Position numbers and translations under genes: made by a program. Positions 37,872 through 47,618 of a stretch of 64,000 bases of DNA are shown here, in pieces. Under the pieces are notes generated by a model. It had not been told where the DNA came from and did not search any database. It saw only the letters and a list, made by a program, of their open reading frames with translations. The stretch's first letter is position 1, and each line of letters starts with the position of its first letter. This DNA comes from a bacterium. Its GTDB lineage: Bacteria > Zhuqueibacterota > QNDG01 > JABMRT01. The stretch is from positions 4,064-68,063 of the forward strand of contig DSAP01000089.1 in the NCBI GenBank assembly GCA_011046415.1, read 5' to 3'.

Positions 37872-38732
37872 TCAGGATTTAAAAAAATACTTGAGCGCCC
37901 ACCGGCTTCCCGCATAACCCAGGAACAACGAAAAAACGAGCGGCAGAGGCCAGACCGGCAAAGAAAAGGTGAACAGACCCGGGAAGCGGGACTTCAGGAA
38001 AACATGCGCAATCAGGAGGATTCCCGTGGCGATGGCTCCCCCGATCCCGCCCTCAAGGAAACCCTGGATGAGATACGGACGCCGTATGAACGCCTTCGTG
38101 GCGCCGACGAGTTTCATGACTTCGATGTTGCGTGTCTGCGCATGGATGGTGAGACGGATGGTATTTGCGATCAGGAACACGGAAGAAAACAGGAGCAGAA
38201 TGAAAAGGCCGAGACCCACGGCCAGGATGATCAGGCCGTATTCACGAACGAGCCGAATGAGATTCTTGTGATAGACCACCTCGTCGACCCCATCCATAAT
38301 CTGTACGGCTGCGGCTATTTTCTCGATTTCTTCCACAGAGCCTTTCTGTGTATGTATCCGGATCTGAAGAGACGCGGGCAACGGATTTTCCCCGATCAGC
38401 TCCTGGATGTCCTCCCCGAATTCTTCCTGAAACCGCTGAAGTGCGGCCTCTTTCGAAATATAAAGGATGGATTCCACGGCGCTGTCCCGCCGGATTTTTT
38501 CCTCGAGGGACCTGACCGCTTCCGCAGCGAGCCCGTCGTTCAGAAACGCTTCCAGATAGATCCGGCTCCTGAGGTTGCCTAGAGTCTGACCGATATTCAC
38601 CATGAGGAAGAAAAAGAGTCCGGCCAGGGTCAGCGTCACGGCCACCGTGGAGACGGTGATGACCGTAGCCACACGGGCGCGGGACAGACCCCGGTATCCT
38701 TCCCGGAAGGCATATTTCAGATTGAGACTCAT
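37872..38732 (-). CDS. ftsX: Cell division permease FtsX
   Basis: Four TM helices with a large periplasmic loop, and an FtsX-like C-terminus. Confidence 0.85.
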   Translation of the reverse strand: MSLNLKYAFREGYRGLSRARVATVITVSTVAVTLTLAGLFFFLMVNIGQTLGNLRSRIYLEAFLNDGLAAEAVRSLEEKIRRDSAVESILYISKEAALQRFQEEFGEDIQELIGENPLPASLQIRIHTQKGSVEEIEKIAAAVQIMDGVDEVVYHKNLIRLVREYGLIILAVGLGLFILLLFSSVFLIANTIRLTIHAQTRNIEVMKLVGATKAFIRRPYLIQGFLEGGIGGAIATGILLIAHVFLKSRFPGLFTFSLPVWPLPLVFSLFLGYAGSRWALKYFFKS

Positions 38733-39379
38733 GGCAGAATCTTTCCTTCAAGCAGCCGGATCAGACGTGCGTCTTTCCGGTCGATTTCATATTCCTTGTG
38801 GGTGGCCATGAGTATGGCCGTACCGCGGCGGTGTATACGCCCGAGAAGCGTCATGAGCTCACGGCTCGACTCCTGATCGAGATTGCCGGTCGGCTCGTCC
38901 GCCAACAGGATAAAAGGTTCGTTGGCCAGGGCACGCGCCATGGCGACGCGTTGTTTCTCTCCGCCCGAGAGTTCGGGTATCGGGGTATACCGCTTGTGGC
39001 TCAGCCCCACATCCGCCAGGACCTGGAACACCCGTTTCTTGATTTTCCGGCCGGGGACGCCGGTCGCCCAGAGCGCGAAGGCCACGTTTTCATAGACATC
39101 ACGGTCTTCAAGCAGTTTGAAATCCTGGAAGACCATGCCCACCTTACGCCGGAGAAAGGGAATATCCTTCGGTTTGATACCGGAGGAGTCGAAATCGGCC
39201 ACCCGGATTCTTCCCCGTGTCGGCAGGATCGCCATATGCACCAGATTGAGCAGCGTGCTCTTTCCGGCGCCGCTCGGACCGACGACAAATACAAATTCTC
39301 CCCGTCCGATTTTGAGACGGATGTCGCACAAAATCGGCCTGCCGCCCGCGAGGTACCAGACGTCCTGAATGTCGATCAT
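38729..39379 (-). CDS. ftsE: Cell division ATP-binding protein FtsE
   Basis: Walker [13 protein letters not shown] signature [14 protein letters not shown], Walker [13 protein letters not shown]. Confidence 0.9.
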   Translation of the reverse strand: MIDIQDVWYLAGGRPILCDIRLKIGRGEFVFVVGPSGAGKSTLLNLVHMAILPTRGRIRVADFDSSGIKPKDIPFLRRKVGMVFQDFKLLEDRDVYENVAFALWATGVPGRKIKKRVFQVLADVGLSHKRYTPIPELSGGEKQRVAMARALANEPFILLADEPTGNLDQESSRELMTLLGRIHRRGTAILMATHKEYEIDRKDARLIRLLEGKILP

Positions 39380-40143
39380 ACGGCCTCCGCCCTGAAGACG
39401 AAGTGGATCCGGTCGGCATCCTCCCCCGGCGGTTCATATGTGAATTCCCCGAACCGTCCGGCAAGGGAAAACCGGTTGTGTTCCGCGATTTCAGGAATCA
39501 TGTCGAGTTCAAAAAGCCACTGCCTGTGATGTTCCGTATAGGTACGGTCTTGTGAATCGTTATGCACCCGGATTTCCGTGTGCTGGCACCGGTTCGCAGG
39601 GTCAAACCAGCTTCGCCGGGAATAGTCATATTCTTTCACCCGGTCCCATTCGGAGAAGTCGGCCCAGTAACCCCTGAGAAAGCCCTCGGTAATGACATCG
39701 AAAATCAGGACGCCTCCCGGGTTGAGGAGGTTTCGGGCCGTCTGAAAAAAAACACCGAGTTCCCCGGGTTCGAGATAGTGAAGGGTGTCGTACAGGCAGA
39801 CGACTGCATCCGCCGGCCGGCGCAGGGCCATGTTTCGGATGTCTCCCTGCCAGACGCCGTCGTCTCCGCGCCGCCTGCATTCGGCGAGCATGTCGAAGGA
39901 AATATCCGTGCCGAACGCCCTGTAGCCTCTTTGGCGTAGGGCCCGGAGAAACCGGCCCGTCCCGCATCCGGCATCGACCAGACGGCGTCCGCCGTTCCCG
40001 AATTTCGCGATCAAAGACGCGATGTATTCCGCCCACGCCTCATAATCGACGTGAGACATCATGTGATCATATACCGGGGCGAGACACGAATATGGGTCCC
40101 GTTGCCCCGATTTTCGCAACGCTTTCATGGAAAACGTCCTCAT
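39376..40143 (-). CDS. Class I SAM-dependent methyltransferase
   Basis: LVDAGCGTGRF motif I. Start trimmed to MRTFSM, where ATG overlaps the thiL stop as ATGA. Confidence 0.7.
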   Translation of the reverse strand: MRTFSMKALRKSGQRDPYSCLAPVYDHMMSHVDYEAWAEYIASLIAKFGNGGRRLVDAGCGTGRFLRALRQRGYRAFGTDISFDMLAECRRRGDDGVWQGDIRNMALRRPADAVVCLYDTLHYLEPGELGVFFQTARNLLNPGGVLIFDVITEGFLRGYWADFSEWDRVKEYDYSRRSWFDPANRCQHTEIRVHNDSQDRTYTEHHRQWLFELDMIPEIAEHNRFSLAGRFGEFTYEPPGEDADRIHFVFRAEAV

Positions 40144-41135
40144 TCCCGAAAATGATCCCATCCCAAGACGGAAAGCGGCTTCTCACCCTGCGGCGTCCTC
40201 CGTTTCTGTCCCTCGGAGGCGGGCCGCATCTCGCCGATCACGGCGAGGGGACATGCTTCGGCCTGCAGGGCGGCGATCCGGCCTTCCCGATCCCGGGGGA
40301 CCGTGAACAGCAACTCGTATTCTTCGCCGCTTCCGAGGATGAAATCTTCGGGATCCTGATGTGTCCGGGTCATCCACCGGACTGCCTCGGGATGGATGGG
40401 GAGGGCCGACCCGTCGATCCGGCATCCCAGCCCCCCGGCCCGGCAGAGATGGCCCAGATCCGCGGCCAGACCGTCGCTGATGTCGATCATCGCCGTGACG
40501 GACAGTTTCGATACGACTTGCTTTGCCAGATCGAGCCGCGGCTCAGGCCGGAGAAAATGTCGGACCGATTCCGGGTATGCGTCCCGCTCCGATCCGGCGG
40601 ACAAGACCTCGAATCCCGTCCTGGCCCGTCCGAGCCGGCCGGTGACGCAGATCAGGTCGTCCTGCCCCGCCCCTGATCGGAGGACGGCTTTTCCCTCCGG
40701 GGCCTCGCCGACCACGGTGAGAGAAATGAAGCCCGCGCCCGGTGACCGTGCCGTATCGCCTCCTGCGACGGGACACCCGTGGGTCTCGCCGCAGGCATGA
40801 AGACCCTGACAGAGGGCCTCGATATCTTCGACGGTCCATCCGTCCGGGAAAGCCATGGAGACCACCGCGCAAACCGGATCCGCCGCCATGGCCGCCAGGT
40901 CGCTCAGATTGACGGCGAGGGCCTTCCACCCCAGGGCGTCCAGGGGTGTATAATTGAAATCAAAATGGACGCCTTCGACCAGCGCGTCCGTGGACAGGAC
41001 CGTTTCATGACCCGGCCGCACGGAAAACACGGCGGCATCGTCTCCGATACCGACACGGATGCGTCCTGTCTGAGGCTGGAGAATGTTCCGAATCCGTTCG
41101 ATCAGCCCGAATTCACCCAGCTGCCCGATTCTCAT
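40140..41135 (-). CDS. thiL: Thiamine-monophosphate kinase
   Basis: GEFGLIERI, GIGDDAAV, and the AIR-synthase-related fold pattern. Confidence 0.85.
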   Translation of the reverse strand: MRIGQLGEFGLIERIRNILQPQTGRIRVGIGDDAAVFSVRPGHETVLSTDALVEGVHFDFNYTPLDALGWKALAVNLSDLAAMAADPVCAVVSMAFPDGWTVEDIEALCQGLHACGETHGCPVAGGDTARSPGAGFISLTVVGEAPEGKAVLRSGAGQDDLICVTGRLGRARTGFEVLSAGSERDAYPESVRHFLRPEPRLDLAKQVVSKLSVTAMIDISDGLAADLGHLCRAGGLGCRIDGSALPIHPEAVRWMTRTHQDPEDFILGSGEEYELLFTVPRDREGRIAALQAEACPLAVIGEMRPASEGQKRRTPQGEKPLSVLGWDHFRE

Positions 41136-41534
41136 CTATCCCTCGAGGACTTTCATCAGCAGCCTGCGCCGCCGGGGTCCGTCGAATTCGCAGAAATAGA
41201 TGGATTGCCAGGTTCCCAGCACGGGCCGGCCGCCGCAAATGATGAGGGTGAGTGACGGACCGAAAAGGCTGGATTTGATATGGGCCGCGGAGTTTCCTTC
41301 CATGTGATGGTATCCGTCTTCGAAAGGAATGATTTTTCCGGTCTCGTGGAGGATGTCCCGCACCACGTCGGGATCGGCGTTCTCGTTGATCGTCAGGGCC
41401 GCGGTGGTGTGCGGCACCCACAATACACAAAGGCCTTCTTCGATACCGCTTTCTTGGATCGCCCCCCGGACTTCGGAGTCGATGAGGACGAGCTGGGTCC
41501 GGACTTCGGTCTGGACTGTCATTTCTTTAAACAT
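41136..41534 (-). CDS. yjbQ: YjbQ/UPF0047-family protein (secondary thiamine-phosphate synthase-like)
   Basis: 132-aa protein with TINENADPDVVRDI.., a YjbQ signature. Directly abuts thiL. Confidence 0.8.
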   Translation of the reverse strand: MFKEMTVQTEVRTQLVLIDSEVRGAIQESGIEEGLCVLWVPHTTAALTINENADPDVVRDILHETGKIIPFEDGYHHMEGNSAAHIKSSLFGPSLTLIICGGRPVLGTWQSIYFCEFDGPRRRRLLMKVLEG

Positions 41535-41551
41535 GCAATGAATTTAACCAG

Positions 41552-41595
41552 CCCCCCCCTGATTTCCAAATTTTTTTTGGGGACTTCAAAAAAAA
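41552..41595. promoter_or_regulatory. Divergent promoter spacer containing C8, T8 and A8 homopolymer tracts (potential slipped-strand sites)
   Basis: gCCCCCCCCt..aaaTTTTTTTTgggg..tcAAAAAAAAtg seen directly, lying between yjbQ (minus) and the abgT-family gene (plus). Confidence 0.3.
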
Positions 41596-41646
41596 TGCGT
41601 ATACTTAAATTTTAGACATTATAACCCTTTAATAAGGATGTAATCG

Positions 41647-43377
41647 ATGGATAAATTTCTTGCCTGGATCGAACGTGTCGGAAACAGATTGCCCCATCCC
41701 TTCTGGCTTTTTACCTATTTGGCGGTCATCATCCTGTTCGCATCCCTGGTGTCCGGACTGACGGGGGTCTCCGTCACCCACCCCGTGACAGGGGAGACCG
41801 TCGTGGCGGAAAACCTCCTTTCCCAACAGGGGCTGCAGCGGTTTGTGCTGGAAATGGTCGACACGTTCGCCCATTTCCCGCCCCTGGGCCTGGTCCTTGT
41901 CATGCTGATGGGCGTGTCCCTGTCCGTCCATTCCGGACTCATGGAAACGGTGCTCGGACGCCTCATCCGCGTGCCTGAATTTCTGATCCTGCCTGTTATT
42001 GTCGTGGCGGGCATCATGGGAAACCTCGCCTCGGACGCCGGCATCGTCGTGGTGCCGCCTTTGGCGGCCGTCGCCTTTAAAAAAGCCGGCAAGAATCCGC
42101 TGGCGGGCATCATCCTGGCTTACGGCGCGTGCACGGCGGGTTTCACGGCCACCCTGATCCCCCGGGGTACGGATGTGCTTCTTGCGGGCTTCACCAACGC
42201 CGCCCTGGAAGATCCCCGGCTCTATGTGGGCGCTTCGGCCAATCTGTATTTCATGATCGCCTCCGTATTCCTGCTGGCCGTTGTCATGTCCTGGGTCGGC
42301 AAGCGTTTCACCCTGCCGGCGTGCGGCGATATCGAAGCCGTCCCGCAGGAAGAGGAAGAAACGATCGATGGCAGGGCTCAGAAAAAAGGGCTGATCGGTG
42401 CGGGAATCGCGATGGTTTTGTACACCCTCCTCGCGCTGATGACCGTGCTGCCGGAAAACGGACTTTTGCGATATGACACCGGCGACATTCAAACCCTGAT
42501 CCTGAACGAAAAACCCGGTCCGGTCAAAACGACCCGCAGGATCGGCAGAACCGTTTCGGAAGAGGAGCAGGATCGCAGGAGATATGCCGTGACCCTGAAC
42601 GGACAACAAATCGTCCTGGATTCCGTCGATGAATCCCGGTGGATGGACGGCGCCACGGCCCGCATCTATCTGCCTGAAGGCGAGACCCGGATGGATCGAG
42701 ACCGGGTATTGCGGATCGAACTGATGCCGAGCGTCGTCCGCGGCCCCTTTTTCCGGGGCATGGTGGCCATCCTTTTCTTTTTCTTCGCCATTCCGGGGAT
42801 CGTGTTCGGCATCTCTGTCGGCAGGATCCGGGGGTTGTCGGATATCCCCGCCATGATGGTCAAGAGCGTGAAGGGCATTTCCGGCATGGTCGTGCTGGTT
42901 CTGGTCATCGCGCATTTTATCGCGTTCTTCCAGTGGTCGAACCTGGACCGTATCGTGGCCATCTCCGGGGCCAATCTGTTGAATCAACTCCGGTTTCAGG
43001 GGCCGATCCTGATGGTGACCACGGTACTCATCGTCATGGTGCTCAACCTCTTCCTGGGTTCCAGTGCGGCCAAATGGGGCATGCTGGCGCCGATCATCGT
43101 GCCCATGTTCTTGTATCTCGACTCACCCATTTCACCTGCGGTTTCACAGCTTGTCTACCGGATCGGCGATTCCACCACCAACGGCATTTCGCCTCTCTAT
43201 CCCTATTTCCCGCTGGCCCTGGGCTGGCTTCGGGAATATAGAAAGGATGCCGGCATCGGCACGCTGATCCGGCTGCTTTTGCCCTATGCCCTTTTTACCG
43301 GCATCGCCTGGATTCTGCTGCTGCTGGTATGGTATTTTATCGGCATTCCCGTGGGACCCGCAGAAGCCATCCGGTGA
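41647..43377 (+). CDS. AbgT-family transporter (p-aminobenzoyl-glutamate transporter family) with an about 90-aa charged central insertion
   Basis: WLFTYLAVIIL, GNLASDAGIVVVPPLAAVAFK and other AbgT-like hairpin regions. The insert spans about residues 275-365. Confidence 0.8.
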   Translation: MDKFLAWIERVGNRLPHPFWLFTYLAVIILFASLVSGLTGVSVTHPVTGETVVAENLLSQQGLQRFVLEMVDTFAHFPPLGLVLVMLMGVSLSVHSGLMETVLGRLIRVPEFLILPVIVVAGIMGNLASDAGIVVVPPLAAVAFKKAGKNPLAGIILAYGACTAGFTATLIPRGTDVLLAGFTNAALEDPRLYVGASANLYFMIASVFLLAVVMSWVGKRFTLPACGDIEAVPQEEEETIDGRAQKKGLIGAGIAMVLYTLLALMTVLPENGLLRYDTGDIQTLILNEKPGPVKTTRRIGRTVSEEEQDRRRYAVTLNGQQIVLDSVDESRWMDGATARIYLPEGETRMDRDRVLRIELMPSVVRGPFFRGMVAILFFFFAIPGIVFGISVGRIRGLSDIPAMMVKSVKGISGMVVLVLVIAHFIAFFQWSNLDRIVAISGANLLNQLRFQGPILMVTTVLIVMVLNLFLGSSAAKWGMLAPIIVPMFLYLDSPISPAVSQLVYRIGDSTTNGISPLYPYFPLALGWLREYRKDAGIGTLIRLLLPYALFTGIAWILLLLVWYFIGIPVGPAEAIR

Positions 43378-43579
43378 CTTCCGGTCGGCAGGCGGGTCTA
43401 CTCCCGGACGTATCCGGCGGGATGAGACCGTGGAAAGACCGTCTTTCCGGGAGTCGGCGCGGAAACCCGGAGAAGTCGGGGAATTCCAGAGATTTTCCTT
43501 GCCTTTCTTGTCGATTCACTGTATGTTCGTAAAGGTTTCTTTCTCGGATACCGTCGCATAATCAATCCGTGGAGGAAAG

Positions 43580-44779
43580 ATGGAAAATCATGAACCGGTC
43601 CGGATCGGTCACAGCCAGCTTCCCGACTCTGTGCACGCGGCCGCGGAGGCCGCAGGGATGATCCTGGAGCAGATGGGCCCATCCGGAAAAGCGGGCTGGG
43701 CCCTGGTCTTTTGCGGCGGGAGACACGACCGGAACCGGATCCTGCAGACGCTCCGCGCCGAACTCGGCGATATCGACATGATCGGCGGCGCGGCGGTCGG
43801 CACCATCACCCGTGACTCCCTCGGCTACGGCGGATACGAATGCGCCGTGGCCGCTTTTCCGGCGACATTTCCGACCCCCCGGGTAATCGCGGATCATGGG
43901 CTGGATGCGGGTGAATTTGAGGCGGGATGCCGGCTGGGTGAGCGGATCGGGGATGCCGCGAGGGACGGAGATACGGTTCTGCTCTTCTACGATTCGGTCC
44001 GGGGAGGACCGCCTCCCGTTCTCTATATCGGCAGCCGGCTCGTGGACGGAATACATCGGGGTCTCGGGAATAAAACCGTCACCCTGATCGGCGCCGGCAC
44101 CGTCGCTGATTTTCATCTCTCGGACAGTTTTGTGTTTGACGGCCGGGATGTCGCAAAACACGCCGCCGTTGCCGTCGTACTGCCCTCCAATTTTCTAAGC
44201 CGCACCACGATCATGCACGGGTGTATCCCCCTGAGCGCTTTTCTAGAGATCACCCGGATCGACGGGGCCGTCCTCTATGAACTGGAAGGGCGTCCCGCCC
44301 GCGATCTGCTCCTCGAAATGGCCGGCACGGACGACGTGTCGATGTCCCTCACCATCGGAGAAAAACACGGGGATCCGTTCGCCCCGTATGACGAATCCGC
44401 TTACGCCAACCGGCTCATCCTGCGCACCGATCCGGAAAACGGATCGGCGACCCTTTTCGAGGCGGATTTCAGGGAGGGAACGCGCGTGCAAATCATGGCG
44501 CGCGACAACCGCCTGATGCTCGAATCGGCCGCGAAACGGACCCGGGAGTTACTGGACGCGCTGCAGGGCACGAATCCTGTCTTTGCCCTTTATATTGATT
44601 GTGCGGGGCGGTCCCGCGCATTCAGCGGCGCGGAGAGCGAAGAGGCCGGTATTGTGCGGAACGAAATCGGCGGCCGAATCCCCCTTTTGGGATTCTATTC
44701 CGGGGTCGAGATCGCCCCGCTTTTGGGGAAAAGCCGCCCCCTCGACTGGACCGGCGTATTGACGGTATTCACGGTATAG
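43580..44779 (+). CDS. FIST-domain sensor protein (FIST_N plus FIST_C)
   Basis: ALVFCGGRHD, IGGAAVGTIT, and C-terminal FYSGVEIAP, a FIST_C-like sequence. Confidence 0.7.
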   Translation: MENHEPVRIGHSQLPDSVHAAAEAAGMILEQMGPSGKAGWALVFCGGRHDRNRILQTLRAELGDIDMIGGAAVGTITRDSLGYGGYECAVAAFPATFPTPRVIADHGLDAGEFEAGCRLGERIGDAARDGDTVLLFYDSVRGGPPPVLYIGSRLVDGIHRGLGNKTVTLIGAGTVADFHLSDSFVFDGRDVAKHAAVAVVLPSNFLSRTTIMHGCIPLSAFLEITRIDGAVLYELEGRPARDLLLEMAGTDDVSMSLTIGEKHGDPFAPYDESAYANRLILRTDPENGSATLFEADFREGTRVQIMARDNRLMLESAAKRTRELLDALQGTNPVFALYIDCAGRSRAFSGAESEEAGIVRNEIGGRIPLLGFYSGVEIAPLLGKSRPLDWTGVLTVFTV

Positions 44780-44785
44780 GACACA

Positions 44786-47011
44786 GTGGAAGCATCCCTT
44801 CAAGACGAACGCGATTTTTATCGCGGACAATGCAATGAACTGGGAACGCGTCTTTTCCGTCTTCAGGACGAGCAGACGCAGGCCCGGCGCGATATCCGGC
44901 GCTGCCGGGTGATCGCCACGATGGTCCGCGAGGTGTATCGCCGGACCGATGCCACGGTATCGCTCGACGAAATCGGAAGGCGATTCCTCTATGTGCTGCT
45001 GGAAACGCTTCATGTAGATCGTACCGCGCTTCTGGAATACGAACCGGAAAAAAACCAATTTCTCGTCCGTCAGCACCTGGGGTACACCCGTTCCGTTCCG
45101 CAAACCTTTCACCTGCCGGAACCTCCCATGGATTTTTTGTATGCGAACACAGACACTGATTCGACGCCTCAGCTGAACAGTCTGCGCCGAATCGCCGGGG
45201 GGGGCGCGCTACTCTGGGCATTCCGCCGGGAGGCTGGACTGGCCCTGCTGTTGAGCAACAGCACGCAGGATCCACATCTGCATCGGCCGTTCGAGGAAGG
45301 GGACCGGGAAATCATCGAAGCCGCCCTGAGCATATTCATCGAAATCAGCGCACGGGAAAAAACGCAGAAACTCGCCGCCCTGGGACGTCTGGCCCTCAGG
45401 CTCTCGGAGGCGGAACCGGAGGGCGATCTGCCCGATCTGATCGCCGAAGAAGTGAGACATCTCACGGGCGCCGTGGCCGCATGCCTATCCATATTCGACC
45501 CCGGAAACAGCGAGATCATCATCTCGCATATCGCGTGCGACCCCCCGGCCATGGACATCTTCAGGCGGTATCTCGGACGGGACCCCGTCGGGATGCGCAT
45601 CCCGGTGAATCCCGACATGCGGGAACGCATGTTGCACGACGTGATCAGCGATCTTTCCAGCCTTTCGGAGGCTTCCCTGGGGGTGCTTTCGGAAAAGGCG
45701 GCGTCCCTGATCCAGGAGGAGCTGGGCATCGCCCATATCAAAGGGCTGACACTCCGCTACGGCGGCGAGCTGATCGGCGTATCCGGCGTTTTCCTGCCCC
45801 GGAGAAGTTCTCCGCTTTCCGACGAGCTGATGAAAATTTTCGTTCACATCGCCTCCGTGGCGCTGATGCGGAAAAGGGCGGAGGACGCGCTCAGGAAGAA
45901 CGAATTACGGTATCGGACACTGGTCGAAAATTTCCCGAACGGCGCGGTGATCCTGTTCGACCATACCCTGCGCCATACCATCGTCGACGGCGCCGGCCTC
46001 GAAACTTTCGGCCTCTCCAGGGCGATACAGGGAAAAACCCTGGCGGAGAGTTTCCCGCCCGAAATCGGTGTCCTGCTGAAGCCGCAGTATGAAGCGGCCC
46101 TCTCCGGAAAGTCCAGTGTATTCGAGATGCAGTTCGGCGAACTGATCTGCGAAATCCGGCTCACCCCCATACGGGATGAAGAAGGCCGGGAGGCGGCCGG
46201 CGTGATGATGATGCAGAACATCACGGACCGGAAGCGGGCGGAAGAAGCCCTCTGGAGGGCATATGACGAAATGGAAATCCGGGTGCGTGAACGAACGGCC
46301 GAACTCAAACAAATCAACCTGGCGCTCCAGCAGGAAATCTCCGACCGCAGGCAGGCGGAAGAACGGCTCACGGCCTCGTTGAATGAGAAAGAGGTGTTGT
46401 TGCGTGAGCTGTATCACAGGACCAAGAACAACATGCAGGTCATCCGGTCGATGCTCGCGCTGCAGGCCCATTATTCGAACGATCAGACGGTTCGGAAGAT
46501 TTTCCGGGATACGCAAAACAGGATCGACGCGATGGCCCTGGTGCACCAGAAACTGTATCAGTCTCAAAACCTGTCGCGCATCGACCTGAAGGAATACATC
46601 CTGGAGCTCACCGGCCTCCTGGTACAGAGTTTCGGCGTGCTGTCCACGCGAATCACGCCTGTTCTGGAACTCGAACCCATCCATGTTCTCATCGACACGG
46701 CCATTCCATGCGGGCTGATCCTCAACGAGCTGTTGTCGAATGCGCTGAAGCATGCATTTCCGGGAGACAGACAAGGCGAAATCCGGATCCGGCTTTCGAG
46801 GACGGGTGAGGACGGAATCGCACTCGATTTTTCGGACAACGGCGTGGGTGCGCCGAAAGGATTCGATCCGAGGAACCAGGAAACCCTCGGCCTCCAGAGT
46901 GTCTTCACCCTCGTGGAACATCAGCTCCAGGGCGAGGCTGAATTCCGTAATGAAAACGGACTCGCCTTCCATTTCCGGTTCAGGGAAGCGTTGTATTCAT
47001 CCCGGGTATGA
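44786..47011 (+). CDS. Cytoplasmic sensor histidine kinase with GAF/PAS-like domains, a HisKA_2-type dimerisation domain and HATPase_c
   Basis: LLRELYHRTKNNMQVIRSMLALQA (HisKA_2 H-box), LNELLSNALKHAF (N-box), PAS-like LVENFPNGAVILFD, and coiled-coil linkers. Confidence 0.8.
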   Translation: MEASLQDERDFYRGQCNELGTRLFRLQDEQTQARRDIRRCRVIATMVREVYRRTDATVSLDEIGRRFLYVLLETLHVDRTALLEYEPEKNQFLVRQHLGYTRSVPQTFHLPEPPMDFLYANTDTDSTPQLNSLRRIAGGGALLWAFRREAGLALLLSNSTQDPHLHRPFEEGDREIIEAALSIFIEISAREKTQKLAALGRLALRLSEAEPEGDLPDLIAEEVRHLTGAVAACLSIFDPGNSEIIISHIACDPPAMDIFRRYLGRDPVGMRIPVNPDMRERMLHDVISDLSSLSEASLGVLSEKAASLIQEELGIAHIKGLTLRYGGELIGVSGVFLPRRSSPLSDELMKIFVHIASVALMRKRAEDALRKNELRYRTLVENFPNGAVILFDHTLRHTIVDGAGLETFGLSRAIQGKTLAESFPPEIGVLLKPQYEAALSGKSSVFEMQFGELICEIRLTPIRDEEGREAAGVMMMQNITDRKRAEEALWRAYDEMEIRVRERTAELKQINLALQQEISDRRQAEERLTASLNEKEVLLRELYHRTKNNMQVIRSMLALQAHYSNDQTVRKIFRDTQNRIDAMALVHQKLYQSQNLSRIDLKEYILELTGLLVQSFGVLSTRITPVLELEPIHVLIDTAIPCGLILNELLSNALKHAFPGDRQGEIRIRLSRTGEDGIALDFSDNGVGAPKGFDPRNQETLGLQSVFTLVEHQLQGEAEFRNENGLAFHFRFREALYSSRV

Positions 47012-47409
47012 CCATGACACGGCCACTCGACATCCTTTTGGTCGAAGACGAAGCCATCACCGTGATGGCCCTCAGAATCGAACTCAGACAGGCCGGTTTC
47101 AATGTGCTCAGATCCGTCGCCACCGGCGAAGATGCGGTCGGGAGTCTGGAGGACGCCGTTCCGGATGTGATCCTCATGGACATGAGGCTGGCCGGCCGCT
47201 TGACCGGGATGGACACCGCCGTCCTGATCCGTGAAAAGCATCCCATTCCGATCGTTTTCATGACCGGGTATCCGGATGCGGCGCTCCTCGAGAAGGCGAA
47301 ACGGATGGATTCGGTCGGGTATGTGGTGAAGCCCGTCAGCGCCTCTTCCATCAAGGCCGCGGTGGAGGGCGTGCTGGGCTCCGGACCGGATTCAAAGAGT
47401 ACCGGATGA
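47008..47409 (+). CDS. Single-domain response regulator (CheY-like receiver)
   Basis: ILLVEDE, a phospho-acceptor D in VILMDMRL, and T/K motifs. The ATG overlaps the kinase stop (ATGA). Confidence 0.8.
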   Translation: MTMTRPLDILLVEDEAITVMALRIELRQAGFNVLRSVATGEDAVGSLEDAVPDVILMDMRLAGRLTGMDTAVLIREKHPIPIVFMTGYPDAALLEKAKRMDSVGYVVKPVSASSIKAAVEGVLGSGPDSKSTG

Positions 47410-47618
47410 TCCGCACCGGTGATTTTTGCCCGCCCGTCCGGCCGGAAAGGGATCCCGCGGCCGGGGGGTGGGGGATTCCCTGTAATTTCCAACCTGTCGA
47501 AAGGGGGTGATTTCCGGGACAAAAAAATGGCGGTTTCATTCCGCTTTATTTTAATCCATTCCTGCGCTGACGACTCCGGGCTTGCATCCGTGTGGAAAAC
47601 AAAGAAAGGAGTACACGG

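Noticed and set aside
41535-41646. Possible chromosomal replication origin at the divergent strand-switch point
   Set aside because: The spacer is only 112 bp. It has no recognisable DnaA boxes (TTATCCACA or its complement). There is no dnaA/dnaN nearby, and the flanking genes (thiL/yjbQ and an AbgT transporter) are not origin-linked genes.
41535-41646. TPP riboswitch upstream of thiL/yjbQ
   Set aside because: The conserved CUGAGA/ACCUGAUCUGGAUAAUGCCAGCG core elements are absent on either strand of the spacer.
43378-43579. Hairpin GGAAAGAC-CGTCTTTCC downstream of the AbgT gene as an intrinsic terminator
   Set aside because: An 8-bp stem is present, but it is not followed by a U-tract. It was left unannotated.
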